Below are positions 10,654 through 19,963 of a DNA stretch of 64,000 nucleotides, piece after piece. A program made the position numbers and the translations under genes. The stretch's first letter is position 1; each line of letters opens with the position of its first letter. The notes below the pieces were generated by a model. That model was not told where the DNA came from. It did not search any database and worked only from the letters and a program-made list of their open reading frames with translations. This DNA comes from Campylobacterota bacterium (GTDB lineage Bacteria > Campylobacterota > Campylobacteria > Campylobacterales > Arcobacteraceae), in NCBI GenBank assembly GCA_034718015.1, contig JAYEMI010000058.1, positions 10 through 64,009 of the forward strand. Direction: 5' to 3'.

Positions 10654-10923
10654 TTACGATAAAAACTGTTTTATTTTATAGTGAGAGTCAAGTTGTTCTT
10701 TTATATCATCTCTATGAGTTTTAAAAAAATGTATATTTTTATATAATAATTCTGATAGTTGTATCATATCATTACTATTAAGATCAAAGTTTTCTATTTT
10801 ATTTGTAATAAGATTTTCTTCTACCCAGTTTGAAAGCAACGCAGCTTTGTTACTTTCATTTTCTATTAAATCTATAGAGGATAATCTATGAAGAGATTTT
10901 AAAGACCAGTTTCGTCTTTCCAT
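10654..10923 (-). CDS. Small helical protein after fliS (FliT-like position)
   Basis: 89-aa ORF overlapping fliS; follows the fliD-fliS-X order. Confidence 0.55.
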   Translation of the reverse strand: MERRNWSLKSLHRLSSIDLIENESNKAALLSNWVEENLITNKIENFDLNSNDMIQLSELLYKNIHFFKTHRDDIKEQLDSHYKIKQFLS

Positions 10924-11255
10924 GCTTCAATTAGTCCTTTAACAACTTTTTTAACTTGCTCTACAGAGTTAATATTATTATCTACACCTGCACTGAATAA
11001 CGTTTCTATTTGATACAGATATAGTCCATCTAGATAGTAAGCTACATCTCCACCATCAAAGTCAAGTATATTTCTTAATTCATCAAAAATTGCAATTGAT
11101 CTATTTATGTATTCAAATTTTTCCTCTATATTATCTGCTTCTATAGCATCTATAACAAATGATAAATATTTTAATAAACCTTCATAAAGCTTTAATATTA
11201 ACATATATGGATCGTCAGTAGTTGCTGCTTGTTGATTATATATCTCTAATCCCAT
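10899..11255 (-). CDS. fliS: Flagellin chaperone FliS
   Basis: DPYMLILKLYEG, ELRNILDFDGGDVAYYLDGLYLY, EAWKD. Confidence 0.93.
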   Translation of the reverse strand: MGLEIYNQQAATTDDPYMLILKLYEGLLKYLSFVIDAIEADNIEEKFEYINRSIAIFDELRNILDFDGGDVAYYLDGLYLYQIETLFSAGVDNNINSVEQVKKVVKGLIEAWKDETGL

Positions 11256-11286
11256 TTATATCTCCAATGATTTTGAGTTATTATAT

Positions 11287-11322
11287 GATATTAATACTTA
11301 AATTATATTAAGTATTAATATC
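11287..11322. repeat. Perfect 15-bp inverted repeat between fliD and fliS
   Basis: GATATTAATACTTAA-attata-TTAAGTATTAATATC. Confidence 0.8.
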
Positions 11323-11335
11323 TTTAAAAGTTAAA

Positions 11336-12781
11336 TTAATCGGATGTTGATTCAGCCATCATCTGTTTAAGTCCACTAAAAGATGCTTCCATTTGTGCAA
11401 TTATTGAACCATATTCAATAAATTGGCTTTGCATCAAGCTATATTTCGTATCTAAATCTTCTATAGCAGCTTCTTGCTCCTCTTCTAGATTAGTTTTTCT
11501 CTCAGTCATACTGTCAATATATGAACTTAACATACCATCTGATAAACTTAACTCACTTATATAACCATTTAGTTTAGTACCTAATCCTTCATTTTCTGCA
11601 ACACCAATAAACATATTCTTTATATCATCAAAATTTTCATTTAACGCTTTTCCGAGTTTAGTTTCGTCAATAAGTAAATATCCATCACTATCAAACTCCA
11701 TACCATATGAAAATACATTGAACTCATTATTTGTAACATTAGAATGGTCATATAGTGTGTCACCATTTTCATCAACTTTAGTTCCCCATGTTATGTTATT
11801 TGAAGTCGCACCATAGTTATCAAAAAACATACTTTTTAAATTATCTAGCATACTTCTTAAGCTACTCTTGTCTTCTATAGGGCTATCTTCTGAATATATC
11901 TCTTCATTTATCATCATTGTTAATTCATTATAGGATGTTGCCATCTCTTGAATTGCAGGTACAACATAGCTACTATCTTTTTGTATTGATATAGTAGAAT
12001 TACCAGTATCAGTAGCTGTTATCTTAAGATTTCCATCTACTGTTACACTGTTTGAGGATACATCATAAAAAATACCATCAATAGTTGCTTCTAAATTTCT
12101 AGCAGTTTGAACATGATTAGTTGAGTTATCCGTTCCAAATTCATCTAATGCGTATCCTAAGTCATCCGCAGCAGTACCTTTTATAACTAATGCATTATCT
12201 ACACCTGTTTCTGTACTTTTTATAACAAGTCTATATGAATCAGTCCCAACTTCTTCTATAGATGCAGATATTCCTTCAGTACCATCCAAATTATTTGCTA
12301 ATTCAGTAAGTGACATAGTAGATGTATCAAAATGTTTATCAGTACCATCAACGGTTACAGTTAAAGTTCCAATATCTAGAGGATCGGTTTCATCCTTTTG
12401 GGCTTTAGTATATGAGTTTGATTGAAATACATCTTTTTCTGCCATAAAATCAACAGTCACACTTAGTGTTCCCTCATCTAAGCTTCCTAAATCAACTGCG
12501 TCAAATATTGCTGAAGAACCAGTAGTAGATGCACTTATTTGATTAAATGCATTACTTCCAGAGTTGTATAAATCAAAAACACTTATGGAGTTTAATAGAG
12601 CATCGAATTTTTCGGCTATTTCAACCATTTTTTCTTCTTCTTTACCTATATCTTCTATACTTGTTTCAATAGGTTTTACGGTTGCTTTTTCTTCAGCTTC
12701 TCTAAGCTTTGTAATCAAGTCACCATTTAATGCAGCTGCTCCACCTGAGCTAAAGCTACCCACCATACTATAATCAGCCAT
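11336..12781 (-). CDS. fliD: Flagellar filament cap protein
   Basis: LITKLREAE N-terminus, YRLVIKSTETG, C-terminal coiled coil QFIEYGSIIAQM; between flgK and fliS. Confidence 0.9.
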   Translation of the reverse strand: MADYSMVGSFSSGGAAALNGDLITKLREAEEKATVKPIETSIEDIGKEEEKMVEIAEKFDALLNSISVFDLYNSGSNAFNQISASTTGSSAIFDAVDLGSLDEGTLSVTVDFMAEKDVFQSNSYTKAQKDETDPLDIGTLTVTVDGTDKHFDTSTMSLTELANNLDGTEGISASIEEVGTDSYRLVIKSTETGVDNALVIKGTAADDLGYALDEFGTDNSTNHVQTARNLEATIDGIFYDVSSNSVTVDGNLKITATDTGNSTISIQKDSSYVVPAIQEMATSYNELTMMINEEIYSEDSPIEDKSSLRSMLDNLKSMFFDNYGATSNNITWGTKVDENGDTLYDHSNVTNNEFNVFSYGMEFDSDGYLLIDETKLGKALNENFDDIKNMFIGVAENEGLGTKLNGYISELSLSDGMLSSYIDSMTERKTNLEEEQEAAIEDLDTKYSLMQSQFIEYGSIIAQMEASFSGLKQMMAESTSD

Positions 12782-12807
12782 AATATCCTCCTATTTAAGA
12801 ATTTAGT

Positions 12808-15027
12808 TTAGTTCTTTAAACCTAAAATCGTTGCTAACATCTCATCAACGACTGTGATCATTTTTGCATTTGCTTCATATGCAGCTTGATATTTTATCAA
12901 CTCAATCATCTCTTCATCTTTATCAACTTTTGTTAATTTGTCATAGTTGTGTTGTAGTGACTCAGTAACTGCAGATTGGGACTCATTTCTAAATCTTATA
13001 TTTTCTCTATCATCTGCAATATTTATTCTAAGTTCTTGATAAAAAGAGTAAAATGATGTTAGGTTTTCACCCGTACCATCAAAATCAATATTTTCTTTCC
13101 ATTGTAAATCAGCTAAGTAATCTAACTTATTTTGATCTAAAGTATTTACCATACTATTATTAAAAGCCAATGAACTAATAGAAGAACCTGTAAATAAACC
13201 AATCTCTATTTTTTTATCATAATCATCACTATATGTTATTTTATCTAACCCATATACATATGTTCCATCATCTTTTTCAATATATCCAGATGATAAATCA
13301 GATAACGCATAAGCAAATTGATCTAGTCTTTCTTTGTATTCTGCAAATAAATTATTACCAGAATCTGTTTTTAGATTATCGATCATTGATTTTAATCTAC
13401 CACTTTCTATTGGTATCTCTGCTTCATATATCTCAAGATGGATATCATCAATTGCATCTTTGCTTATAAGTTCATTTTTTTGTATAGGTGTTCTTTGTGT
13501 GTAAACTTCAGCCGTTGTAGGGTTTCCATCGTCATCTACTGTATACCCAGCATCTTTGTCATTTACTGTAATTTCTCCTGTAAATGCACCTGTTTCACCT
13601 TTTGTGTTTGATTCTACAACCAAATAGTACTCTGCATTTGTTGGTTGTCTTAAAACTTTATTTCCATTATTATCAAATGTATATGAACCATTATATGCAG
13701 TAATGTGTTTTGACATCTCTGGGTCTTCATTTATTTTAAATGTCAATGCTTGCACTATATTTGTTGCATCAACAGTTAAGTCTGTATCGCCAACGCCATC
13801 TGCATTAGTGTCAATGGCATTGCTTAGAACCTCTCCAACTGTTAATGTTACTGAAAGTTCATTGTTTAATGTATATGTAACACTATCAGCAATACCTTTT
13901 GTTGTCTCATAGCTAGTTATAAAAGTGATACCTTCGCTTGATGTTTCTGCTATAATAGGTACATCACCCTCTGTGTCTTCATAAATAATCTGTAAAGCAC
14001 CGGCAGCAGATTTAACAATGTCATTTATCTCTCTATCAGGATAAACTGTGTTCCAATTTGCTATAACAGCCGCTTTATCTGCAACAATTCTTTCAACTGT
14101 TTGATCTGCAGTATCTCCTGAAATTGAACCAGCTACAAAAGTACCAAGAAAGTTAACTTGTCCTGTTGCATTTCCAATTACATTTATTAATTGCTCCTCT
14201 TGATCTTGATCATCACTATCCCAAGTTCCAGCAGCAGGATCCACAATAGAACTTATATAGCCTGATTGAGTTGGATCAGTGTATACATCTCTTTGTGCTT
14301 GGTAATCTTCTACTACTTGAAGATCTCTTACATTATTATCATGTCTAACAGCTACAACACCACCAATTGAAAGAGTATAGCTATCTTCTCTTGAAATATC
14401 TACATCAATATATTCTGATAACTCTTTTTCAAGTGCATCTCTTTTGTCAAGTAAATCGTGTTGAACAATTGTAGAGTTGGCTATATCAAAACTAATATCA
14501 CCAATATCTGAAAGTAAACCATTTATTTCTGAAACAGTATCTTTTGCATTTCCAAGTGTTGTTGCTTCTCTTTGTTCAATTTCACTATAGAGAGTTTTAA
14601 GAGTATCTATTAATGTATTAGCATTATTTTTAATATCATTTTTATATATCTCATTATTTGGACTTGTTCTTAAGTTTTCAACAGAAGTGAAGTATCTATT
14701 TAAGTCTGCAGAGAGTCCACTATCATCAGTTTCATAAAATATAGACTCTATATCTTCCAGCATGATATTAAGTTCATCTAAAGCAGAATTTTTACTCTCT
14801 TCAGTGATTAGGTTTTGATACATATAAACACTAGTATTTCTAGTTACATCTTGAACAACGGCACCACGACCTGTTTCTCTAGTATCATTAATTGCAAGTT
14901 CGCCTACATTAACATCTCGTTTTTTGTAGCCATTAGTACCTTCATTTGCAATGTTATTCATTACATTTTCAACTTGTACTTGTGATACTTTTAGTCCAGA
15001 TTGTGCTACATTTAATGAATTAAACAT
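12808..15027 (-). CDS. flgK: Hook-associated protein FlgK
   Basis: SLNVAQSGL, NNIANEGTNGYK, DLLDKRD, VDKDEEMIELIKYQAAYEANAKMI. Confidence 0.93.
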   Translation of the reverse strand: MFNSLNVAQSGLKVSQVQVENVMNNIANEGTNGYKKRDVNVGELAINDTRETGRGAVVQDVTRNTSVYMYQNLITEESKNSALDELNIMLEDIESIFYETDDSGLSADLNRYFTSVENLRTSPNNEIYKNDIKNNANTLIDTLKTLYSEIEQREATTLGNAKDTVSEINGLLSDIGDISFDIANSTIVQHDLLDKRDALEKELSEYIDVDISREDSYTLSIGGVVAVRHDNNVRDLQVVEDYQAQRDVYTDPTQSGYISSIVDPAAGTWDSDDQDQEEQLINVIGNATGQVNFLGTFVAGSISGDTADQTVERIVADKAAVIANWNTVYPDREINDIVKSAAGALQIIYEDTEGDVPIIAETSSEGITFITSYETTKGIADSVTYTLNNELSVTLTVGEVLSNAIDTNADGVGDTDLTVDATNIVQALTFKINEDPEMSKHITAYNGSYTFDNNGNKVLRQPTNAEYYLVVESNTKGETGAFTGEITVNDKDAGYTVDDDGNPTTAEVYTQRTPIQKNELISKDAIDDIHLEIYEAEIPIESGRLKSMIDNLKTDSGNNLFAEYKERLDQFAYALSDLSSGYIEKDDGTYVYGLDKITYSDDYDKKIEIGLFTGSSISSLAFNNSMVNTLDQNKLDYLADLQWKENIDFDGTGENLTSFYSFYQELRINIADDRENIRFRNESQSAVTESLQHNYDKLTKVDKDEEMIELIKYQAAYEANAKMITVVDEMLATILGLKN

Positions 15028-15080
15028 TTTTCTCCCCTATTTATTAAGTTTATTTTAGTCTTACATTTCTTATATTTAGA

Positions 15081-15782
15081 TTAAAAAGGCCATATAATTT
15101 CTAGTATTTTGGTTCCCCAAGGTTTTGATAGTGCATCCATCTCTTCGCCATCTTTTTCATATAATATCTTAAGATTTGCTAATTGATATGAGTAAACAGT
15201 ATTGTCTGGACTTATATCATACGGTCTAATTACTCCACTTATTTTTATATTTTGCTTTTGGTTATTTATTAGCATCTCTTTGGTCCCTTTTATAAAATAG
15301 TTTCCATTTTGATACGTTTGTTCAATAATTGCTGATATAGTAGTTGTAAACTCTTCATCTGCAGCACTTTTTGCATTACCACTAAATGAACCAGTTGAAG
15401 TTGTAGAGAACCCAATACCTGTTGCACTGTTAAGTTTATTTGCTGTGTTAGTAGTTGCGCCACCTGCTACAGACGGTGCAAATATTCCACCACCCAAAGA
15501 ACTAGAGGTTGTTTTAGAAGTAGTCCTTGAGTTTGCTGAATCATTAGTTAGGGTTTCTTCTATAAGTATTTGAATTATATCTCCAACTTGAAGATCCTTT
15601 TTATCTGAAAATAGCGATGCACCTTTTCTTGAATAAAGTGTCCCTCTTTTTTTTTGTACTTGAACTATTTTTTTAGGAATCTGCATCTCAGGTTTTTTAT
15701 TAATATCTATATCGTTTTGTTTTTTACCACAACCAATAAAAGTAATTAAAACTATTATAGTCAATACTATTTTATTTTTCAT
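15081..15782 (-). CDS. flgH: Flagellar L-ring lipoprotein
   Basis: Lipobox FIGC, LFSDKK..VGDII, ISGVIRPYDI, C-terminal WPF; start placed at 15782. Confidence 0.93.
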   Translation of the reverse strand: MKNKIVLTIIVLITFIGCGKKQNDIDINKKPEMQIPKKIVQVQKKRGTLYSRKGASLFSDKKDLQVGDIIQILIEETLTNDSANSRTTSKTTSSSLGGGIFAPSVAGGATTNTANKLNSATGIGFSTTSTGSFSGNAKSAADEEFTTTISAIIEQTYQNGNYFIKGTKEMLINNQKQNIKISGVIRPYDISPDNTVYSYQLANLKILYEKDGEEMDALSKPWGTKILEIIWPF

Positions 15783-16194
15783 ATTTGTTCTCCACAATAG
15801 TTTTTAAATCTATGGCTATTTTAATATTTTTTGAAGTACTTTTAATAAGAGCACTCACTCCGTATCTAATCATTAAAGGCTCGATATTACTATTATAATC
15901 ACAAATAAGCATTAATCTATCTTTTACAATTTGTATCGATTGAACATTTCTTTGTTCAATAAGATCAACAATAATAACAGCTTCTTTATAAATTAATTTT
16001 TCTAACTCTATAGACTTATTAGATTTTTTAGTTTCTATTGTAGTGTTTAGTTTGTTTACCAACAGATCATTTTGAGTTTTAAACTTATCACTCATATGTT
16101 GATAATAAAAATAAAACATAATAAAAAGTGAAAGTATAGATAAAGATTTTATTATTACTCTTTTATAATCTTTACCTTTTACTATAACTATCAT
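15772..16194 (-). CDS. Hypothetical bitopic membrane protein in flagellar operon
   Basis: N-terminal TM, coiled coil, small alpha/beta domain; SD AAGGAG. Confidence 0.7.
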   Translation of the reverse strand: MIVIVKGKDYKRVIIKSLSILSLFIMFYFYYQHMSDKFKTQNDLLVNKLNTTIETKKSNKSIELEKLIYKEAVIIVDLIEQRNVQSIQIVKDRLMLICDYNSNIEPLMIRYGVSALIKSTSKNIKIAIDLKTIVENKYEK

Positions 16195-16218
16195 ACTACT
16201 CCTTTAATGCTATCAAGG

Positions 16219-16767
16219 TTATTTTATAACAAATGATGTAAAAAAGATATCTTTAACACTATCTCTTTTTACATCTTCCTCGTTAGTTGCGTCATTTATG
16301 ATATTGTTAATCTCTTCTAACATCTCCTCTTTTAACATAGCTTTTCCACCAACAGTTAAAAGTTCTTCACTACTTCTTGCACTTATTTGTCTAATAACAG
16401 CATCGATTAATTGAGCTTTATTAGCTTCAACAATAGTTGCGATTGTAGGTTCTTTTGTTTTTAATGTAAAAGATAGTTTCATTAGTTTTGCTCTACCTTT
16501 TGCATCAGTAATATTTAATACTAATCCATCAATTTGTGCAAGAAAATTTTCACCCTCATCCTCTATATCATCTTTTTGCTCTTTCTTTTCTGCTTGTTGT
16601 GATTGTTCAGTTTTTTGTTGACCTTCTGGATCAAACATACCTTTAGAGTAAAGGAAATATCCTATACCTCCTACTGCACCTATTAATAAAACGATAAGTA
16701 CTATTAGTACTATCATCATACCATTACCACCACCTTTTTTCTCTGATACCTCTTCTTCGTCAGCCAT
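16219..16767 (-). CDS. fliL: Flagellar basal body-associated protein FliL
   Basis: N-terminal TM, EELLTVGGKAMLKEE, C-terminal IFFTSFVIK. Confidence 0.92.
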   Translation of the reverse strand: MADEEEVSEKKGGGNGMMIVLIVLIVLLIGAVGGIGYFLYSKGMFDPEGQQKTEQSQQAEKKEQKDDIEDEGENFLAQIDGLVLNITDAKGRAKLMKLSFTLKTKEPTIATIVEANKAQLIDAVIRQISARSSEELLTVGGKAMLKEEMLEEINNIINDATNEEDVKRDSVKDIFFTSFVIK

Positions 16768-17270
16768 TATTTTGTCTCCTTTTTAATTTTTTCTTCATGC
16801 TCTTTCATCTGTTTCATTAATTTTGTTGAAACTTTAGTATCTAATTTTTTTAAAATCACCATTGCTCTTTTGTCTTTTAATCTTATTAAAATATTAAAAA
16901 CTTCATCTAGCTCATCATTTTTTATCATCTCTTTGAATATATTAACAACAATTTTTACTTTCATCTTATCATACATTAGCATTGCTTTTGAACTAATTAC
17001 TCTATTTATCTCATCAAGTGTTTTTTGATTCTTATCTCTTATTTTAATTATATTTTCTTCATCATCTTTTATTTTTTTATGAATATTTTCTAATTCAGCT
17101 TTTCTCTTTTGGTATTCTAACTCTTTTGATTCATAAAATTCATTTAATTCATCTTTTACAGCCATTAGCTCTTGTTTTTCTTTGTATAGATTACCCTCTT
17201 CCATTACAATTGCAAATAGGATGTTATAAGATAAGGAGATTAAAATAAATAGTTTAAAAAATAGATTCAT
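16767..17270 (-). CDS. Exported coiled-coil protein, MotE/HP0257-like
   Basis: Signal peptide, coiled coil, C-terminal YDKMK..IL..L..ILKKLD (MgtE_N-like); directly after the fliJ-like gene. Confidence 0.55.
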   Translation of the reverse strand: MNLFFKLFILISLSYNILFAIVMEEGNLYKEKQELMAVKDELNEFYESKELEYQKRKAELENIHKKIKDDEENIIKIRDKNQKTLDEINRVISSKAMLMYDKMKVKIVVNIFKEMIKNDELDEVFNILIRLKDKRAMVILKKLDTKVSTKLMKQMKEHEEKIKKETK

Positions 17271-17680
17271 GAATTTCTTTCTCTAATGTATTTTGACTGC
17301 ATATATTCAGAAGATACTAGCTCTTCAGCTTTTAAGATCTCTTTTAATTTTTCTTTTTTATTTTCCTGAATAATATAATCAAACTGCTCACTCTCTTTAT
17401 TAAAAGATAAAATCAAGCTGTTATAATGTTCTATTTGCTTTTGAAGTTGTTCTTTCTTTTGTGACAGCTTTACCATATGGTCTTGCATTGTCATTTTATG
17501 AATTTGAAGTACTCTAAAATCCGATATTGATCCCATTATATCAACTGTTGTTGTGTGTATTCTTGTATTAGTTTCTAAAAGCTCATCATCTATCTCTTTA
17601 ATTTTTGATAAAGCTTGTTGTTTTAGCGAAACTTGTTGATTAATTTGTTGTTGTTTTAAATTATATAATTTATCTATCAT
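17267..17680 (-). CDS. FliJ-like flagellar export coiled-coil protein
   Basis: Long coiled coil, ESEQFDYI near the C-terminus, TAATG coupling to fliQ; start placed at 17680. Confidence 0.6.
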   Translation of the reverse strand: MIDKLYNLKQQQINQQVSLKQQALSKIKEIDDELLETNTRIHTTTVDIMGSISDFRVLQIHKMTMQDHMVKLSQKKEQLQKQIEHYNSLILSFNKESEQFDYIIQENKKEKLKEILKAEELVSSEYMQSKYIRERNS

Positions 17681-17943
17681 TACATTTTCCCAAAATCGAT
17701 AATCATATCCCATAAATCCAAAGTATATATCTCAATATGGTCACCAATCCAAGGTAGTGATGCAACTATAAAAATTGAAACTAAAATCATTTTAGGAACA
17801 AAAGACAACGATGCATCACTAATTTGAGTAACAGCTTGAAATATACTAATAATTAGTCCAATTACCATACTTACGATTAATGATGGTAATCCTAATAATA
17901 ATATAATCTTTACAGTACTTTGTGATATACCCATTAAATCCAT
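17680..17943 (-). CDS. fliQ: Flagellar export protein FliQ
   Basis: GLIISIFQAVTQISDASLSFVPK. Confidence 0.95.
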   Translation of the reverse strand: MDLMGISQSTVKIILLLGLPSLIVSMVIGLIISIFQAVTQISDASLSFVPKMILVSIFIVASLPWIGDHIEIYTLDLWDMIIDFGKM

Positions 17944-17945
17944 AA

Positions 17946-18362
17946 TTAATCTTTTACTTTTATAGTTATTTCAATAGTTTTATTATTCAATAACTTACTT
18001 AAAATATTAGCAAGTTCAATACTTGTAGAGGAGTAATTAGTATCTAAAGTGTCCTCTTCTTGAGTTTCTATTGCTGATTCAATTTCATCTAATGGCAAAA
18101 TCTCAATCTCATCAATACTATCAAGTACCTCACCATTTTCATCTTCTACCTTATCAATCTCTTCTTTATCTTCTTTGTTAACTTCAGGGATTGGATTATC
18201 AACTATAACTTCATCTTGTATATCTAAAAGAAACTCATCAGGAACATTTTGTATATCTTCATCCCCTGTACCTTTATGAGTTGTTTCAACTATTGTTTTA
18301 CCAAGAGCTTCTAAAACCTGCGGTTCAGTTAACTGATCTATTTGCGATAAAATATCAGACAT
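17946..18362 (-). CDS. Highly acidic hypothetical protein
   Basis: SD GAGGTG; acidic central region; ends LSKLLNNKTIEITIKVKD. Confidence 0.7.
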   Translation of the reverse strand: MSDILSQIDQLTEPQVLEALGKTIVETTHKGTGDEDIQNVPDEFLLDIQDEVIVDNPIPEVNKEDKEEIDKVEDENGEVLDSIDEIEILPLDEIESAIETQEEDTLDTNYSSTSIELANILSKLLNNKTIEITIKVKD

Positions 18363-18392
18363 AATTACACCTCTTTTTTAGTTAAATAAATA

Positions 18393-18800
18393 CTATTCAT
18401 AGCAATCAAGCATCTCTTCTATTGTAGTTAATTCTTCTGCTTTAACTTTTGGATTTAAAGTCTCTTTAGCTTGAATTCTTTTTTCAATATAAAGAGATAT
18501 ATCACTTATTTCACTCATATTTATATCTCCAAGTCCATATTCATCTAAAAAAGCTTTTTTGATACCATCTTTTGGTATTAAAAATTTTAAGTATTTACTA
18601 ATGAAATCATCAGTAATGATTTTATTTTGATCAATAATAAAAATTTCAGTAGGTTCATCTTTGATCTTATTTTTAAAATTCTCTAAAGGGAATATATCAA
18701 TAATTTCACCATCTTCTATTTTAAATTTGATATTGCCATGGTCTAAGCTAGCGTGGACTTTATTTCTAAATGAATTTCCACCATAAATATATATATTCAC
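18393..18800 (-). CDS. Hypothetical protein (possible degenerate receiver-like fold)
   Basis: GTG start at 18800 after GAGGA; alternating beta/alpha pattern NIYIYG...IFIID. Confidence 0.6.
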   Translation of the reverse strand: MNIYIYGGNSFRNKVHASLDHGNIKFKIEDGEIIDIFPLENFKNKIKDEPTEIFIIDQNKIITDDFISKYLKFLIPKDGIKKAFLDEYGLGDINMSEISDISLYIEKRIQAKETLNPKVKAEELTTIEEMLDCYE

Positions 18801-18909
18801 ACAATTCCTCAAAATCAAAAATTATTTTCAATTATTATATCTTCTATTTATTAAAGTTTAGATAAAATATATCTTCATATTATATTTACAAAAATACTTA
18901 GGAGATTAA

Positions 18910-19962
18910 TTGAAAAAAATATTATTGATATTGTTTCTACATTTAAGTATATATTCACAAACAATTAAAGATATATCAAATATTGTTGGCATAAGGGAAA
19001 ATCAGCTTATTGGTCATGGTTTGGTTGTTGGACTACCTGGAACTGGCGATAAAAGTCAATTTACTATGCAGTCTTTACAGAATCTTCTAAGAAACTCATA
19101 TATAAAAATACCAGCATCATCTATTAAGTCAAAAAACATAGCAACAGTAATGGTAACTGCACTATTACCACCATTTGCAAGACAAGGTGATAAATTAAAA
19201 TTAAAAATCTCATCTATTGGTGATGCTAAATCAATAGACGGAGGGCAATTACTTTTAACTCAATTAAAAGGTGTAGATGGAAATGTGTATGCTTTAGCAC
19301 AAGGTACAATATTGGCAAACAATGATATCCAAACTAGCGGTTTTATCTATGATGGGGCTATTGTTGAGAAAGAGCTTACTTACTCTTTAAAAGATGAAAA
19401 ATTTATTACATTAAGTTTGTTAAAACAAGATGCTAAAACTGCTGCCTTATGTGAAGAAAAAATAAATCAAAAATTTGGTAAAAAACTCGCAGTTGCTTAT
19501 GATACAAGAACAATAGAGATAGCAAAACCTGAGAATATGTCAATGATTAGATTTATATCTGAAATAGAAAGTATTAAGCTAGAGTCAAATATAAAGAAAA
19601 AAATAGTTATAGATACCACAAAAGAGATAATTATTGCAGGGCTTGATATAGTAATAAAACCTGTTACAATTTCTAAAAAAGATTTTACTCTTAGAATAAA
19701 GAAAACATTACTTAATGAAGATAAGTGGAATGATGACAAAGTTAACACTGGTCTAGATATTGGTGATGATGTTAAAATTGGAAAAGAAGCAGTTCAAGTA
19801 AATTTATCTAATGCACTTATAAACACAAAAAAAGAACCAACTATTTCAGATTTAGTAAGATCGATGAAAATAATGAAGCTTAGTATAACTGAAATAATTG
19901 ACACAATAAAACTTTTAGATAGTCTTGGTGCTATAGATGCAGAGTTAGAGATAGTGAGATAA
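18910..19962 (+). CDS. flgI: Flagellar P-ring protein
   Basis: GIRENQLIGHGLVVGLPGTGD, SSIGDAKSIDGG, GAIDAELEI. Confidence 0.95.
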   Translation: MKKILLILFLHLSIYSQTIKDISNIVGIRENQLIGHGLVVGLPGTGDKSQFTMQSLQNLLRNSYIKIPASSIKSKNIATVMVTALLPPFARQGDKLKLKISSIGDAKSIDGGQLLLTQLKGVDGNVYALAQGTILANNDIQTSGFIYDGAIVEKELTYSLKDEKFITLSLLKQDAKTAALCEEKINQKFGKKLAVAYDTRTIEIAKPENMSMIRFISEIESIKLESNIKKKIVIDTTKEIIIAGLDIVIKPVTISKKDFTLRIKKTLLNEDKWNDDKVNTGLDIGDDVKIGKEAVQVNLSNALINTKKEPTISDLVRSMKIMKLSITEIIDTIKLLDSLGAIDAELEIVR

Positions 19963-19963
19963 T

